A stretch of 64,000 bases of DNA. It comes from Promethearchaeota archaeon. Its GTDB lineage: Archaea > Asgardarchaeota > Heimdallarchaeia > Hodarchaeales > Hodarchaeaceae. The stretch spans positions 288,001 through 352,000 of the forward strand of contig JBHLMN010000003.1 in assembly GCA_048938105.1 (NCBI GenBank). Direction: 5' to 3'. Under the pieces are notes generated by a model. That model searched no databases, was not told the origin of the DNA, and saw nothing but the letters and a program-made list of their open reading frames with translations. Each line of letters begins with the position of its first letter. Positions within the stretch are counted from its first letter, which is position 1. Of the stretch, positions 48,383 through 58,148 are shown piece by piece. Position numbers and translations under genes: made by a program.

Positions 48383-50827
48383 TTAGCTTATAATTCCTTT
48401 AATTGTAACTTTTTTCTTTCTTATAAATGAAAACGGAATGATATTCCCTTCAATCGGTTGACCATCGACTTCAAGTATAATCGAATTCCCCTCACCAGTA
48501 CGTTCAAGAGAAATGCTGTAATCCACCCCACGGAAGGTACGTGTTGCTTTAAAGCTGGACCAGGATTTTGGAATGATGGGTACGATCTGTAATCCAGTAT
48601 AGGTAGGTCGAATCCCAAGAATCCAATTTGTAATGGCAATATAATTCCAAGCAGCGGTACCAGTTAGCCAAGAATTCTTAGCTTCCCCGAAATTTGGGGC
48701 ATCTCGCCCAGCGATCATCTGAGCATATACATATGGTTCACAACGATGTAGTTCACTAATGTCTTCCCTGACAGAAGGATTAATTCGCATGTAATAATCA
48801 TATGCCTTATCTCCGTGCCCGATTATTGATTCAGAAATCATTATCCACGGATTTGTATGACAAAAAATACTCGCGTTTTCTTTATACCCTGGAGGATATG
48901 ACGAAATTTCTCCTAAATGTAAATAATACTGCGAATAGGGAGGTTGATGGAGCATGATACCATGTGGTGTAGCTAATAGTTTCTCCACAGCAGTTAGCGC
49001 CTTTTCCGCTCTGCCATCATTAAGCCCTATTCCAGCTAAGATGCAGAATCCCTGAGGTTCGACGAAAATCTGCCCCTCTTTGGACTCATGTGACCCCACC
49101 TCATTCCCAAAGTCGTCGTAGGCGCGTAGGAACCAGTCTCCATCCCAACCATATTTGTTAACAGCCTTCTTCATCTTTTCAATCCAAGTGAGATATTCTG
49201 TTACCTCCTCCTCCAAATCACATTCTTGGAGAATCTCAACTAATTCTTTTGCTGCAAGTACGAACAGCCCTGCAATAAATATTGATTCGGCTACTTTTCC
49301 ATCTTTGTTTGTTGTTGTCTGAAAAGACTGGTCTGGTTCTTCAGAAAAACAGTTCAGATTCAAACAATCATTCCAGTCTGCGCGGCCAATAAGTGGTAAC
49401 TCATGAGGTCCCAACCGTTTCTGTGTATAAGAAAGACTTCTCTTTAAATGGTCTAAAAGCTTTTCTTCTGTTCCAGGTTGATTTTCATATACTACAAGTT
49501 CATCGAGTATATTAAAATCACCTGTTTCCTTCAGATATGAGGCTACACTCAAAATTAGCCAGAGGGGGTCATCATTGAAATTACTACCAATGTCATCATT
49601 GCCTCGTTTTGTAAGAGGTTGATATTGGTGATATGCACCACCTGTTTTCAATTGCGTGGCAGCTAAATCCAAAATACGTTCCCGTGCTCGTTCAGGGACC
49701 ATATGGATAAAACCTAACAAATCTTGATTAGAATCACGAAATCCTATACCACGTCCGATTCCAGACTCAAAGAATGAGGCTGATCGTGACAAATTAAAAG
49801 TGACCATACACTGATAGGCGTTCCAAATATTAACCATCCTATTTGTATGAATGTCGGGCGTTTCAACTTGGAATTTTTCTAATAAGCTATTCCAATATGA
49901 ATTAAGGTTGTTAAAGGCCCTTTCCACATTATACTTATCCAAATATTTAGCGATGATTTTTTTTACGGTTTTTTTATTGATCGTCTGTGATCCAGGTGGA
50001 TCAAACTTTTTGTTATGAGGATTCTCGTGGTACCCGAGTATGAAGATGATTTGCTTTGTTTCATTGGGATCTAGAGAAATCTTAACATGATGTGATCCTA
50101 TTGGTGCCCAACCATGAGCTTCAGAATTATAAGAATGACCTCTTTCTACTACCACAGGTTTTTCCCAACTCCGATAAGATCCTAGAAAGTCGTCACGCTT
50201 AGTATCGAATCCTTCTAGAGGTTCTGAACATGCGAAATACGCAAAATGATTTCTTCGTTCACGATATTCTGTTTTGTGATATATTATGTTATTTTCAATC
50301 TCTACCTCCCCAGTATTATAATTTCGTTGGAAGTTGGTAAAATCATCCAAAGCATCCCACAAACAAAATTCAATACAGGAAAAAATTGACAGATTTACTT
50401 GCCTCTCCTGCTGGTTTTTTAATGAAAGTTGCCAAATTTCTAGATTCTCACTTAAAGGGACAAAATATCGTGTTGTTGCTTCAATCTTATTGTACGTGGA
50501 ACCGATGATAGAATATCCTAGCCCGTGACGACAAGTGAAATTCTCCAAATTGTTACGAGTGGGTTGCCATGAAGGAGACCAAAATTCTGTTGTTTTGTTA
50601 TCTCGTAAATAAATGTATCGTCCACCAGAATCCAAAGGAACATTATTATAACGATATCGAGTTATACGTCTTGTTTTTGCATCTTGATAAAATGAATATC
50701 CCCCTGCGGTATTAGAGATAATTCCAAAATATTTTTCGCAGCCTAAATAGTTAATCCAAGGCAATGGAGTATCAGGTTGAGCAATGACATACTCTCTAAG
50801 ATCATCATCAAAATAACCGTACCGCAT
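48383..50827 (-). CDS. GH94 cellobiose phosphorylase-like protein
   Basis: Motifs YGYFDD..REYVI, NFQRN..TGEVE, HKTEYRERRNH, GRGIGFRDSNQD, DWND, GYKENA and KNSWLTGTA. Confidence 0.92.
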   Translation of the reverse strand: MRYGYFDDDLREYVIAQPDTPLPWINYLGCEKYFGIISNTAGGYSFYQDAKTRRITRYRYNNVPLDSGGRYIYLRDNKTTEFWSPSWQPTRNNLENFTCRHGLGYSIIGSTYNKIEATTRYFVPLSENLEIWQLSLKNQQERQVNLSIFSCIEFCLWDALDDFTNFQRNYNTGEVEIENNIIYHKTEYRERRNHFAYFACSEPLEGFDTKRDDFLGSYRSWEKPVVVERGHSYNSEAHGWAPIGSHHVKISLDPNETKQIIFILGYHENPHNKKFDPPGSQTINKKTVKKIIAKYLDKYNVERAFNNLNSYWNSLLEKFQVETPDIHTNRMVNIWNAYQCMVTFNLSRSASFFESGIGRGIGFRDSNQDLLGFIHMVPERARERILDLAATQLKTGGAYHQYQPLTKRGNDDIGSNFNDDPLWLILSVASYLKETGDFNILDELVVYENQPGTEEKLLDHLKRSLSYTQKRLGPHELPLIGRADWNDCLNLNCFSEEPDQSFQTTTNKDGKVAESIFIAGLFVLAAKELVEILQECDLEEEVTEYLTWIEKMKKAVNKYGWDGDWFLRAYDDFGNEVGSHESKEGQIFVEPQGFCILAGIGLNDGRAEKALTAVEKLLATPHGIMLHQPPYSQYYLHLGEISSYPPGYKENASIFCHTNPWIMISESIIGHGDKAYDYYMRINPSVREDISELHRCEPYVYAQMIAGRDAPNFGEAKNSWLTGTAAWNYIAITNWILGIRPTYTGLQIVPIIPKSWSSFKATRTFRGVDYSISLERTGEGNSIILEVDGQPIEGNIIPFSFIRKKKVTIKGIIS

Positions 50828-51059
50828 GTGTTTATCTTCCTCAATTTCTCTTTTTTTCTCTTATTGAATTATCAAAGTTTATGTGTAATCTGATATAATC
50901 ACCTAGTGAAATTTGCATTAAATATCGTTTTTTTTCTCCTAATTTCAAACATATTATCGTTTAATCATGTAAAAGATATAAAGAAAGACTTGAAACTTGG
51001 TTAATTAAATTATTTTTCTTATAAATTGTAAAAACAATATAGAATAAAGGGTTATTTAC

Positions 51060-53237
51060 ATGATTGAAGTATATAAGGATCCAACATATGCATTAAATAC
51101 AAGAACAAAGGATTTATTATCGAGAATGACGATTGAAGAAAAAGTAGGTCAGATGTGTCAACTTGATCTCAGTCACGATCCTAAAATCTGGATAAAAGAA
51201 AGAAATATTGGTTCATATCTTAATGTGAAATGGAAAGATACTCAAATCCTTCAAAAAATGGCTTTAGAAACACGGCTTGGTATCCCTCTTATTTTTGGAA
51301 TCGACGCGGTACATGGACATTGCTTTCATGATGGAGCAACAGTATTTCCAACGCAATTAGCAATGTCCTGCAGTTGGAATCCTGATTTATTAGAAGAGGT
51401 AGCTCGGATAACAGCAAAAGAAGTGATATACACAGGTATTCACTGGACTTTTTCTCCTATTCTCTGTATTGGACGAGACCCTCGTTGGGGTCGTATTGAT
51501 GAAACTTTTGGAGAAGATCCCTTTCTTATAGGAAAATTAGCTTCAGCAATGGTTAGGGGTTATCAGGGGAGGAACTTATCTGATCCCGAAAGCATTCTCG
51601 CCTGTCCAAAACATTTTGTAGCTTATGGTGAAACAATTGGAGGGAGGGACTCTGCAGAAGCAGAAATCTCAAGGAGAAAATTGAAAGATATCTTTTTACC
51701 ACCATTTAAGGAAGTAGTGGAGTCTGGTTGTGGTTCCATTATGGCAGGTTATCACTCAATAGATGGAACACCCTGCTCTGCAAATTCATGGTTATTAAGA
51801 GATGTATTAAAAACAGAATGGGGATTTAAAGGTTTCATTTTGACTGATTGGGCTAATGTAACTTGGTTGCATGAATCACAATTTGTTTCTCCTACATTAG
51901 CCAATGCGGCTGAAATTGCTCTTCTTGCTGGAAATGATATGATAATGTCAACCCCTGAATTTTATGATATCATAATCAAAGGAGTTAGAGAGGGTCACAT
52001 TGATGAAAAACTCATTGATGATGCCTGTTCGCGAATCTTGAAAATTAAATTCCGCCTAGGTCTCTTTGAACAAAAAGGATACCCTATCACTGATCTAAAT
52101 CCCAAAATTATTGGGTGTACGTTACATAAAAAGAAAGCTTTAGAAGCAGCACTTCAGTCATTAGTCTTATTAAAAAATAACAATGATCTTCTTCCTCTAA
52201 ATGAAAATTTAGGTAAGATTGCAGTATTAGGACCTAATGCAGATAATTCTATAGCTCAACTTGGCGACTGGTCCTTTGGAAAAGTTTTAAATTGGCCTCC
52301 AAAAGATAAAGATATTATAAATGGCCATAAAGCCAACACAGTTACTATTCTTGAAGGGATAAAAGCACGAGTTAAAGATAAGAGTTCTATATTGTATGCT
52401 AAGGGTTGTGATATATTAAACCCAGAAATAAAAGATATACAAAAAGCCACTTTTGTAGCTCAGGAAGCTGATGTAGCAGTAGTAGTTGTAGGGGATAGCC
52501 TTAGTTTAGTTGGAGAACATAAGGATCGAGCTTCTCTTGATCTTACAGGTGCACAAAATGAACTCTTAAAAGCTGTTAAAACGACAGGAACCCCTTTAGT
52601 TGTAGTTCTTATAAATGGAAAACCCTTAACAATTCCATGGGTAGCAAAAAATGCTGATGCAATTCTTGAAGCATGGAATCCTGGGAATGAAGGAGGAAAT
52701 GCAGTTGCTGCTGTACTTTTCGGGGATTATAATCCTTGTGGTAAGCTGACGATAAGCTTTCCTCTACATATTGGGCAGTTGCCTGTTTTTTATAATCAGC
52801 TGCCTGGGTGGCATGGAGGTAAATATGTAGACTTGGAGGCTGACCCTCTCTATCCATTTGGCTTTGGGTTATCTTATACTTCCTTTGAATATAAAAATCT
52901 TAGTTTATCAAAAACTAAATTGCAAAAAGATGAAATTTTGTATGTTTCCATGGATATTAAAAATACAGGGCATCGTAAAGGAGTCGAAATTGTACAACTT
53001 TATGTAAATGATAAATATAGCTCTGTAACAACTCCAATTAAGGAATTAAAAGGCTTTAAACGTGTTGACATACAACCTGGAGAAGAAAAACACGTTAAAA
53101 TAGTATTACCCATATCTACATTGTCATTGATTAATTCTGAAGGCGTAGAATGTGTTGAATCTGGAGAATTTGAAATTATGGTTGGTTGGTCATCAAGGGT
53201 TGAGGATCTTTTCAAGAAGACTATTGTTGTTTATTAA
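51060..53237 (+). CDS. GH3 beta-glucosidase/xylosidase
   Basis: Motifs MTIEEKVGQ, DAVHG, RDPRWGR..ETFGEDP, KHF, nucleophile TDW, GE..DR and a C-terminal Fn3-like domain. Confidence 0.95.
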   Translation: MIEVYKDPTYALNTRTKDLLSRMTIEEKVGQMCQLDLSHDPKIWIKERNIGSYLNVKWKDTQILQKMALETRLGIPLIFGIDAVHGHCFHDGATVFPTQLAMSCSWNPDLLEEVARITAKEVIYTGIHWTFSPILCIGRDPRWGRIDETFGEDPFLIGKLASAMVRGYQGRNLSDPESILACPKHFVAYGETIGGRDSAEAEISRRKLKDIFLPPFKEVVESGCGSIMAGYHSIDGTPCSANSWLLRDVLKTEWGFKGFILTDWANVTWLHESQFVSPTLANAAEIALLAGNDMIMSTPEFYDIIIKGVREGHIDEKLIDDACSRILKIKFRLGLFEQKGYPITDLNPKIIGCTLHKKKALEAALQSLVLLKNNNDLLPLNENLGKIAVLGPNADNSIAQLGDWSFGKVLNWPPKDKDIINGHKANTVTILEGIKARVKDKSSILYAKGCDILNPEIKDIQKATFVAQEADVAVVVVGDSLSLVGEHKDRASLDLTGAQNELLKAVKTTGTPLVVVLINGKPLTIPWVAKNADAILEAWNPGNEGGNAVAAVLFGDYNPCGKLTISFPLHIGQLPVFYNQLPGWHGGKYVDLEADPLYPFGFGLSYTSFEYKNLSLSKTKLQKDEILYVSMDIKNTGHRKGVEIVQLYVNDKYSSVTTPIKELKGFKRVDIQPGEEKHVKIVLPISTLSLINSEGVECVESGEFEIMVGWSSRVEDLFKKTIVVY

Positions 53238-53585
53238 GAATGTACGTAATTTCTTTTTTGTAACTTCTATTAATTTTCTATCAATCCACATTGATCAGAT
53301 TAAACTGCTTATTTATGTCCAAAAAAGCTTAGGCAATTTCTTATTTTAACATCATATTTAGTACTACAGTAAGAATACGATAAAAATGAATTATAATTCA
53401 ATATGATATATATTTAACATGGTAAAATACCCTCTAAGTTCACACCTCTTGAAATAAGATCACATGTATTCATGATATGTATCCAAACATTTTACATGCC
53501 AGAAAAGATTTTAAATTGAAGAAGAAAATGATGTCGGTTTACTGAAATCCTATTTTTTTTCAGTAAAAAAAATGAAAGAAGGAAT

Positions 53586-55742
53586 ATGACTTTGAAACAC
53601 AAAACTAGAATTAATATACTAGTATTTCTTATTTTCCTATCTATGTTAGCCTTTCCTTTCAATTCTACAGCGCAAGGCAAAACAGCGGTGCCCGCAGCTA
53701 CTACTGTAGATTATACCACAGGATTCAACGTGAAACTAGGTGACTGGCCTATTCTGACTGTGTATGGTTGGAGTGATTCGATGATGCAGAGCACATTACT
53801 ATCAACTTACTTCACTGATCTGGGAATTTCGACGACTCCAGCATTCATTGAGTATGGAACTTATGTCAATGATTTCAATGCAATGGACTTCGAACTCATG
53901 AATTTCTGTATGGGATTTGGTCCAGCTAATCGACCATTCGCCGCATATGGTGCATTCACAGGTCAGGCAGGTCAATGGGCCAACTATACAGGATGGTACA
54001 GCCCAGAATTTGTGAACCTTCGGACTCAATGGGAAACTATTGACCCAACGAATACCACAGGAGAGCAAGCAATCGCCTCTAAACTACAGGAAATTATAGC
54101 AAGTGAGATGCCATCTATTCCTATGTTTCCAAATGGATATTGGTATTCGTTTAATAAGAAGTATTGGGAGAATTGGCCCACTAAAACAAATAACTGGATC
54201 CATGTAAGTGCACCCTGGAATACTGGTGGTGCTGGAGTGATGATGATGTATTTACTCAACCTTACATCAACTGGAACACCTGCACCAATTACAGGACAAG
54301 GTGCCTCAACTGACGCAGTAGTAATGCCAGCACGAGATGAGATTATTTGGTCTAGCGGTTATTGGCAAGGCCCCACGGGTTGGAATCCATTCTTTTGGGA
54401 AGAAGCATTTGGATCCTTTATCATGTACCAACCACTTTTTGACATGAATTACGAGAAAGGTGAACTGATGCCAATATTAGGCGAAAGCATGGTCTGGAAA
54501 GATGAGGGGTCGTGTCTCGAGATTACACTTCGAGATGAAGCAGAATGGTCTGATGGTACTCCTGTAAATAGTCAAGATGTTAACTACACATACAACTACC
54601 TACTTGCTCCCTTTAGGTTTGGAGATTTCTCAACGCGAGTAAACAAGACGGTGATTGTAGACGATAAAACAATCCAATTCTATATGAACCCAAAATACAA
54701 CTACAGCCAAATTATTTGGGATGGCTTTATTGGATACAATAAAATCGGCCCAGCACACGTATGGGAAGAGCTTGTCCCATGGTGGCGAGATGTAGGATTC
54801 GCTCAAGATTGGGGCGGTTGGGAACTGCAGGAATTCAAAAACAAATGGCTGGAAGATATTACGCTACCAAACGATACTAAAATTCCATTCCCAGCGGAAT
54901 GGAAGGTTTGTTCTGGACCATACCATCCTTACTTCGTCTCCGATACCTTCGATAGGCACATTTACATAAGAGACGATGATTGGTGGGGTAACGATGTCTG
55001 GCAAGCGCCAGAAGCCAAGTATATGGGGCAACTACATTATGCTACCAATTTCGCGGTGAATCAAGCGTATGCAGCTGATGAGATCGATTGGTTTGGTGGG
55101 TATTATCCCCGTATTTGGGAGCTCATAGCTGATAATCCAAATATTGATACTTGGACTGAAGGTGCTGAACCCTATTTCCTCCCGATTTCTGGAATGGTTG
55201 AAGTAGTTCCAAACCACCTCAGATATCCGTTTAACGAGTATTGGTTAAGGGAAGCATTAGCATACGCCATCAATTATTACGACATGTCTGAAGTCTCTTG
55301 TAGTGGTTACCTAGAGAGAGCTCGCATGGGCTACCTTGACGATAGAAGCCCAACACAAGCATACCTTTACGATAGTGCAGTTGAAACGAAGTATCATATC
55401 GATTATAACCTAACGAAAGCAATAGAAATCTTAGAAGAATATTGTTTCAAACATACTGATGGAGCATGGTACACAAAAGATGTTCCTGAAGAATATCAAT
55501 CCATGCTTGGACACGATGGTAACCCACTTAAAGACGAACTTGGAGTTGAAGAAACATCGGAGACTACTGCTACTAAGACCGCTACCAAAACCGCTACCAA
55601 AACCGCTACAAAAACCGCTACAAAGACCAAAACTAAAACCAAAACTTCAACAAGTCAAGCTGGTCCTGGTTTCGAGATTCTCGTTATTGCTACAGCAGCA
55701 TTTTGCATGACATTAGCCTATAAACGACGAAGACGAACATAG
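53586..55742 (+). CDS. Family-5 (DppA/OppA-type) oligosaccharide-binding protein, circularly permuted, with PGF-type tail
   Basis: Contains WNPF, YQPLF, LR..A.WSDGTP....DV.YTY, GPY, LREALAYAIN and LQEII..EMPSIP, but in permuted order. Signal peptide, TATK linker, then PGF-TM-KRRRR. Confidence 0.88.
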   Translation: MTLKHKTRINILVFLIFLSMLAFPFNSTAQGKTAVPAATTVDYTTGFNVKLGDWPILTVYGWSDSMMQSTLLSTYFTDLGISTTPAFIEYGTYVNDFNAMDFELMNFCMGFGPANRPFAAYGAFTGQAGQWANYTGWYSPEFVNLRTQWETIDPTNTTGEQAIASKLQEIIASEMPSIPMFPNGYWYSFNKKYWENWPTKTNNWIHVSAPWNTGGAGVMMMYLLNLTSTGTPAPITGQGASTDAVVMPARDEIIWSSGYWQGPTGWNPFFWEEAFGSFIMYQPLFDMNYEKGELMPILGESMVWKDEGSCLEITLRDEAEWSDGTPVNSQDVNYTYNYLLAPFRFGDFSTRVNKTVIVDDKTIQFYMNPKYNYSQIIWDGFIGYNKIGPAHVWEELVPWWRDVGFAQDWGGWELQEFKNKWLEDITLPNDTKIPFPAEWKVCSGPYHPYFVSDTFDRHIYIRDDDWWGNDVWQAPEAKYMGQLHYATNFAVNQAYAADEIDWFGGYYPRIWELIADNPNIDTWTEGAEPYFLPISGMVEVVPNHLRYPFNEYWLREALAYAINYYDMSEVSCSGYLERARMGYLDDRSPTQAYLYDSAVETKYHIDYNLTKAIEILEEYCFKHTDGAWYTKDVPEEYQSMLGHDGNPLKDELGVEETSETTATKTATKTATKTATKTATKTKTKTKTSTSQAGPGFEILVIATAAFCMTLAYKRRRRT
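55563..55646 (+). repeat. Coding tandem repeat (GCTACCAAAACC-type units; TATK/TK linker)
   Basis: 12-bp periodic repeats encoding TTATKTATKTATKTATKTATKTKTKTKT. Confidence 0.9.
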
Positions 55743-55750
55743 GAATAAAG

Positions 55751-55782
55751 CCTCTCCCCCCTTTCTTTTTTTCCCTTTTTTT
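55751..55782 (+). terminator. Archaeal-type pyrimidine/oligo-T terminator
   Basis: CCTCTCCCCCCTTTCTTTTTTTCCCTTTTTTT just after the stop at 55742. Confidence 0.65.
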
Positions 55783-56151
55783 AATAAAATTAAATCTCAT
55801 GATAATTCACCTCAAATTTGTAAGTAAAATTTACTTTAACCCAATTAAAGGAGTTAATGTTATCATCATGCCACTTTTTTTGATGTGTAAAGAATATAAT
55901 TGTAATGGAACAATGAAAAGACTTTTAAAACCGCAAATAAGAAAGTGGAGGCGATAGATAGTTATCAGATCATCTTTTCGTTCTTTACTTATGTTCTAAC
56001 AGGAATGTGACTGAATAAGTGTACTTACTCATCCCTTAATCATTATTCAAGATAAAACAAATTTCCTTGGATAGCGAAAACTCTTAAGAAAAAAAAGAAA
56101 AATTAACCCAAAAAGTGATTATAATTCCTTAGATGAGATATAAAATTATAG

Positions 56152-57288
56152 GTGAGAAATTTGTCTTCTTCAGTAGAGCAAATAACAGAGATAAAAGAGA
56201 AAAAAAATGTATTACTAAGAATAAAAAGCACTTTTTCCCATTCTTATGCCAAATTCATAATGAAAAAAGCTGGTTTTTATCTACTTGTGATTTTTTGTGC
56301 CCTTACACTCACATTCCTCATTCCTAGGTTAATGCCTGGTGATCCTACTGACAGACTACTTCGGCCTCCTCCGAATGTCAGTGACCCTAAACAGCTGGAA
56401 CAATACTATAAGATGAAAGACCTTATAATAGCCTATTATGGTCTTGATAAACCTATATTCCCTGATCAATTTGTGGAATTCTGGGATCATATGTTCCATT
56501 TGGATTTGGGAACCTCTTATAGTCTTTATCCAGTTTCTGTTGTGGACGCCATGATACCACGGATTTGGATGACACTCATCCTCGTGATTCCAGTATTATT
56601 CATTAGTTTCTTCCTGGGTAATTGGATTGGAGGTAAAGCAGCCTTTGGAAGTTTAGAAAAAGGATATTCAGCCCAATTAGCTGACTTAGTATACTATGTG
56701 AATATGATCCTGCAATCTGCTCCCTTCTACTGGCTTGCTTTAATCGTTTATCTGTATTTCGTGATCGAGCTGAGAAAGCAAGGTGTTACTATTTTCCCAA
56801 TTAATCACCCAGGAGGAGTGGGTCCAGAAATGATCCCAAGTGTCTCAATTGAATATTTCATTGAGCTTTTACGTCATTATGCGTTACCTTTTATCACATT
56901 ACTTGTTACTTTTACTGGTGGTTGGGCAACAGGTATGCGAGCTATGACTCTTTATGAAATGGAATCAGAATATTTGTTATATTCTGAGCAAATGGGATTT
57001 AGGAAAAAGAAGTTACAATCATATGCCCAAAGGAACGCCATTTTACCTCAATTTACTGGATTAAATTTAAGATTTAATGATTTAGTAGGTGCGACTATAT
57101 TAACTGAAGCCATTTTCGGTTGGCCTGGTCTTGGTTCCATGCAATTAAACGCAATCATGATGCTGGATTTTCCATTAATAATTGGCACTTTTATAATTAC
57201 TTTGGTTATTGTGGTCTTTGGTAATTTTATCGTTGATATTACATATGGATTTATAGATCCTCGCATAAGAACTGGTCATGGAGGTTGA
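56152..57288 (+). CDS. ABC permease, DppB/OppB-like
   Basis: Motifs PRLMPGDP, YGLDKP, DLG.S, RNAILPQ, WPGLG and YGFIDPRI. TTG at 56161 after GGTGAG is the likely start. Confidence 0.92.
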   Translation: MRNLSSSVEQITEIKEKKNVLLRIKSTFSHSYAKFIMKKAGFYLLVIFCALTLTFLIPRLMPGDPTDRLLRPPPNVSDPKQLEQYYKMKDLIIAYYGLDKPIFPDQFVEFWDHMFHLDLGTSYSLYPVSVVDAMIPRIWMTLILVIPVLFISFFLGNWIGGKAAFGSLEKGYSAQLADLVYYVNMILQSAPFYWLALIVYLYFVIELRKQGVTIFPINHPGGVGPEMIPSVSIEYFIELLRHYALPFITLLVTFTGGWATGMRAMTLYEMESEYLLYSEQMGFRKKKLQSYAQRNAILPQFTGLNLRFNDLVGATILTEAIFGWPGLGSMQLNAIMMLDFPLIIGTFIITLVIVVFGNFIVDITYGFIDPRIRTGHGG

Positions 57289-58144
57289 ATATATGTTGGA
57301 TTTGATAAAACAAAATCGAGTATTCGCTTTTGCAATAGCTAGTTTTATCCTCATAATTGGCTTTGGATTTATAGTACCATACTTTACTAGAGATCCACTG
57401 GATCCTATTTTGGATAGGTTTGGAACTAGAGTCATTTTTCGACCCCCATCACCAAATTATATCCTGGGAACTGATGATTGGGGAAGAGATGTCTTTGCTC
57501 AACTTGCTCATGCCACACGTAATTCTTTAGAAATCGGTTTTGTTACAGGAATCATGGTTGCAATAATTGGTGTTACTATTGGAACTGCTGCAGGCTATTT
57601 AGGAGGTTGGATTGATGAAATACTTATGTTTCTTACTAATGTCGTTCTTGTTTTTCCTGTCTTTCCAATGTTATTAGTTCTCTCAGCTCATCTAGAAGAA
57701 AGATCTATGTTCATGGTTGCAGCAATTCTTGCTATTACAGGTTGGCCTTGGGTAGCAAGAGCTTTAAGAGCCCAGGTTCTCAGCTTAAAGGAAAGAGAAT
57801 TTGTGAATTTATCACGAGTCTCAGGGATGAGTAATATAAGAATAGCTTTAGCAGAAATTTTACCAAACATGCTTGCTTATATTGGATTGGTCATAGCAAT
57901 AGTTACTGGCGGAGCTATTGTCGCTGAAGCAGGAATTAGCATGTTAGGCCTGGGTCCAAATCCTCTAGTAAACCCTACATTGGGAGGAATGCTCTATTGG
58001 GTCATTCAGAACGAATCGATAAGATCTAATTACTATTGGTTGTATTTTCCCCCAGGGATCATTTTGACCTACTTTTTTGTTGACCTTTACATTTTACATA
58101 GGCATATGGACGAATTGTTCAATCCTAGATTGAGAAGGCGATAA
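57278..58144 (+). CDS. ABC permease, DppC/OppC-like
   Basis: Motifs PPS...LGTDD.GRDV, AR..RAQVLSLKEREFV, EILPN and NPRLR. ATG at 57293 after GGAGG is the likely start. Confidence 0.92.
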   Translation: MEVEYMLDLIKQNRVFAFAIASFILIIGFGFIVPYFTRDPLDPILDRFGTRVIFRPPSPNYILGTDDWGRDVFAQLAHATRNSLEIGFVTGIMVAIIGVTIGTAAGYLGGWIDEILMFLTNVVLVFPVFPMLLVLSAHLEERSMFMVAAILAITGWPWVARALRAQVLSLKEREFVNLSRVSGMSNIRIALAEILPNMLAYIGLVIAIVTGGAIVAEAGISMLGLGPNPLVNPTLGGMLYWVIQNESIRSNYYWLYFPPGIILTYFFVDLYILHRHMDELFNPRLRRR

Positions 58145-58148
58145 CTAA

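Noticed and set aside
50899-50909. TCAC-cta-GTGA mini-palindrome in the GH94/GH3 divergent region
   Set aside because: It is too short, and I did not find it repeated in other intergenic regions.
55914-55958. Tiny basic ORF MKRLLKPQIRKWRR in the SBP-permease gap
   Set aside because: It is only 14 codons with no convincing SD, and is expected by chance.
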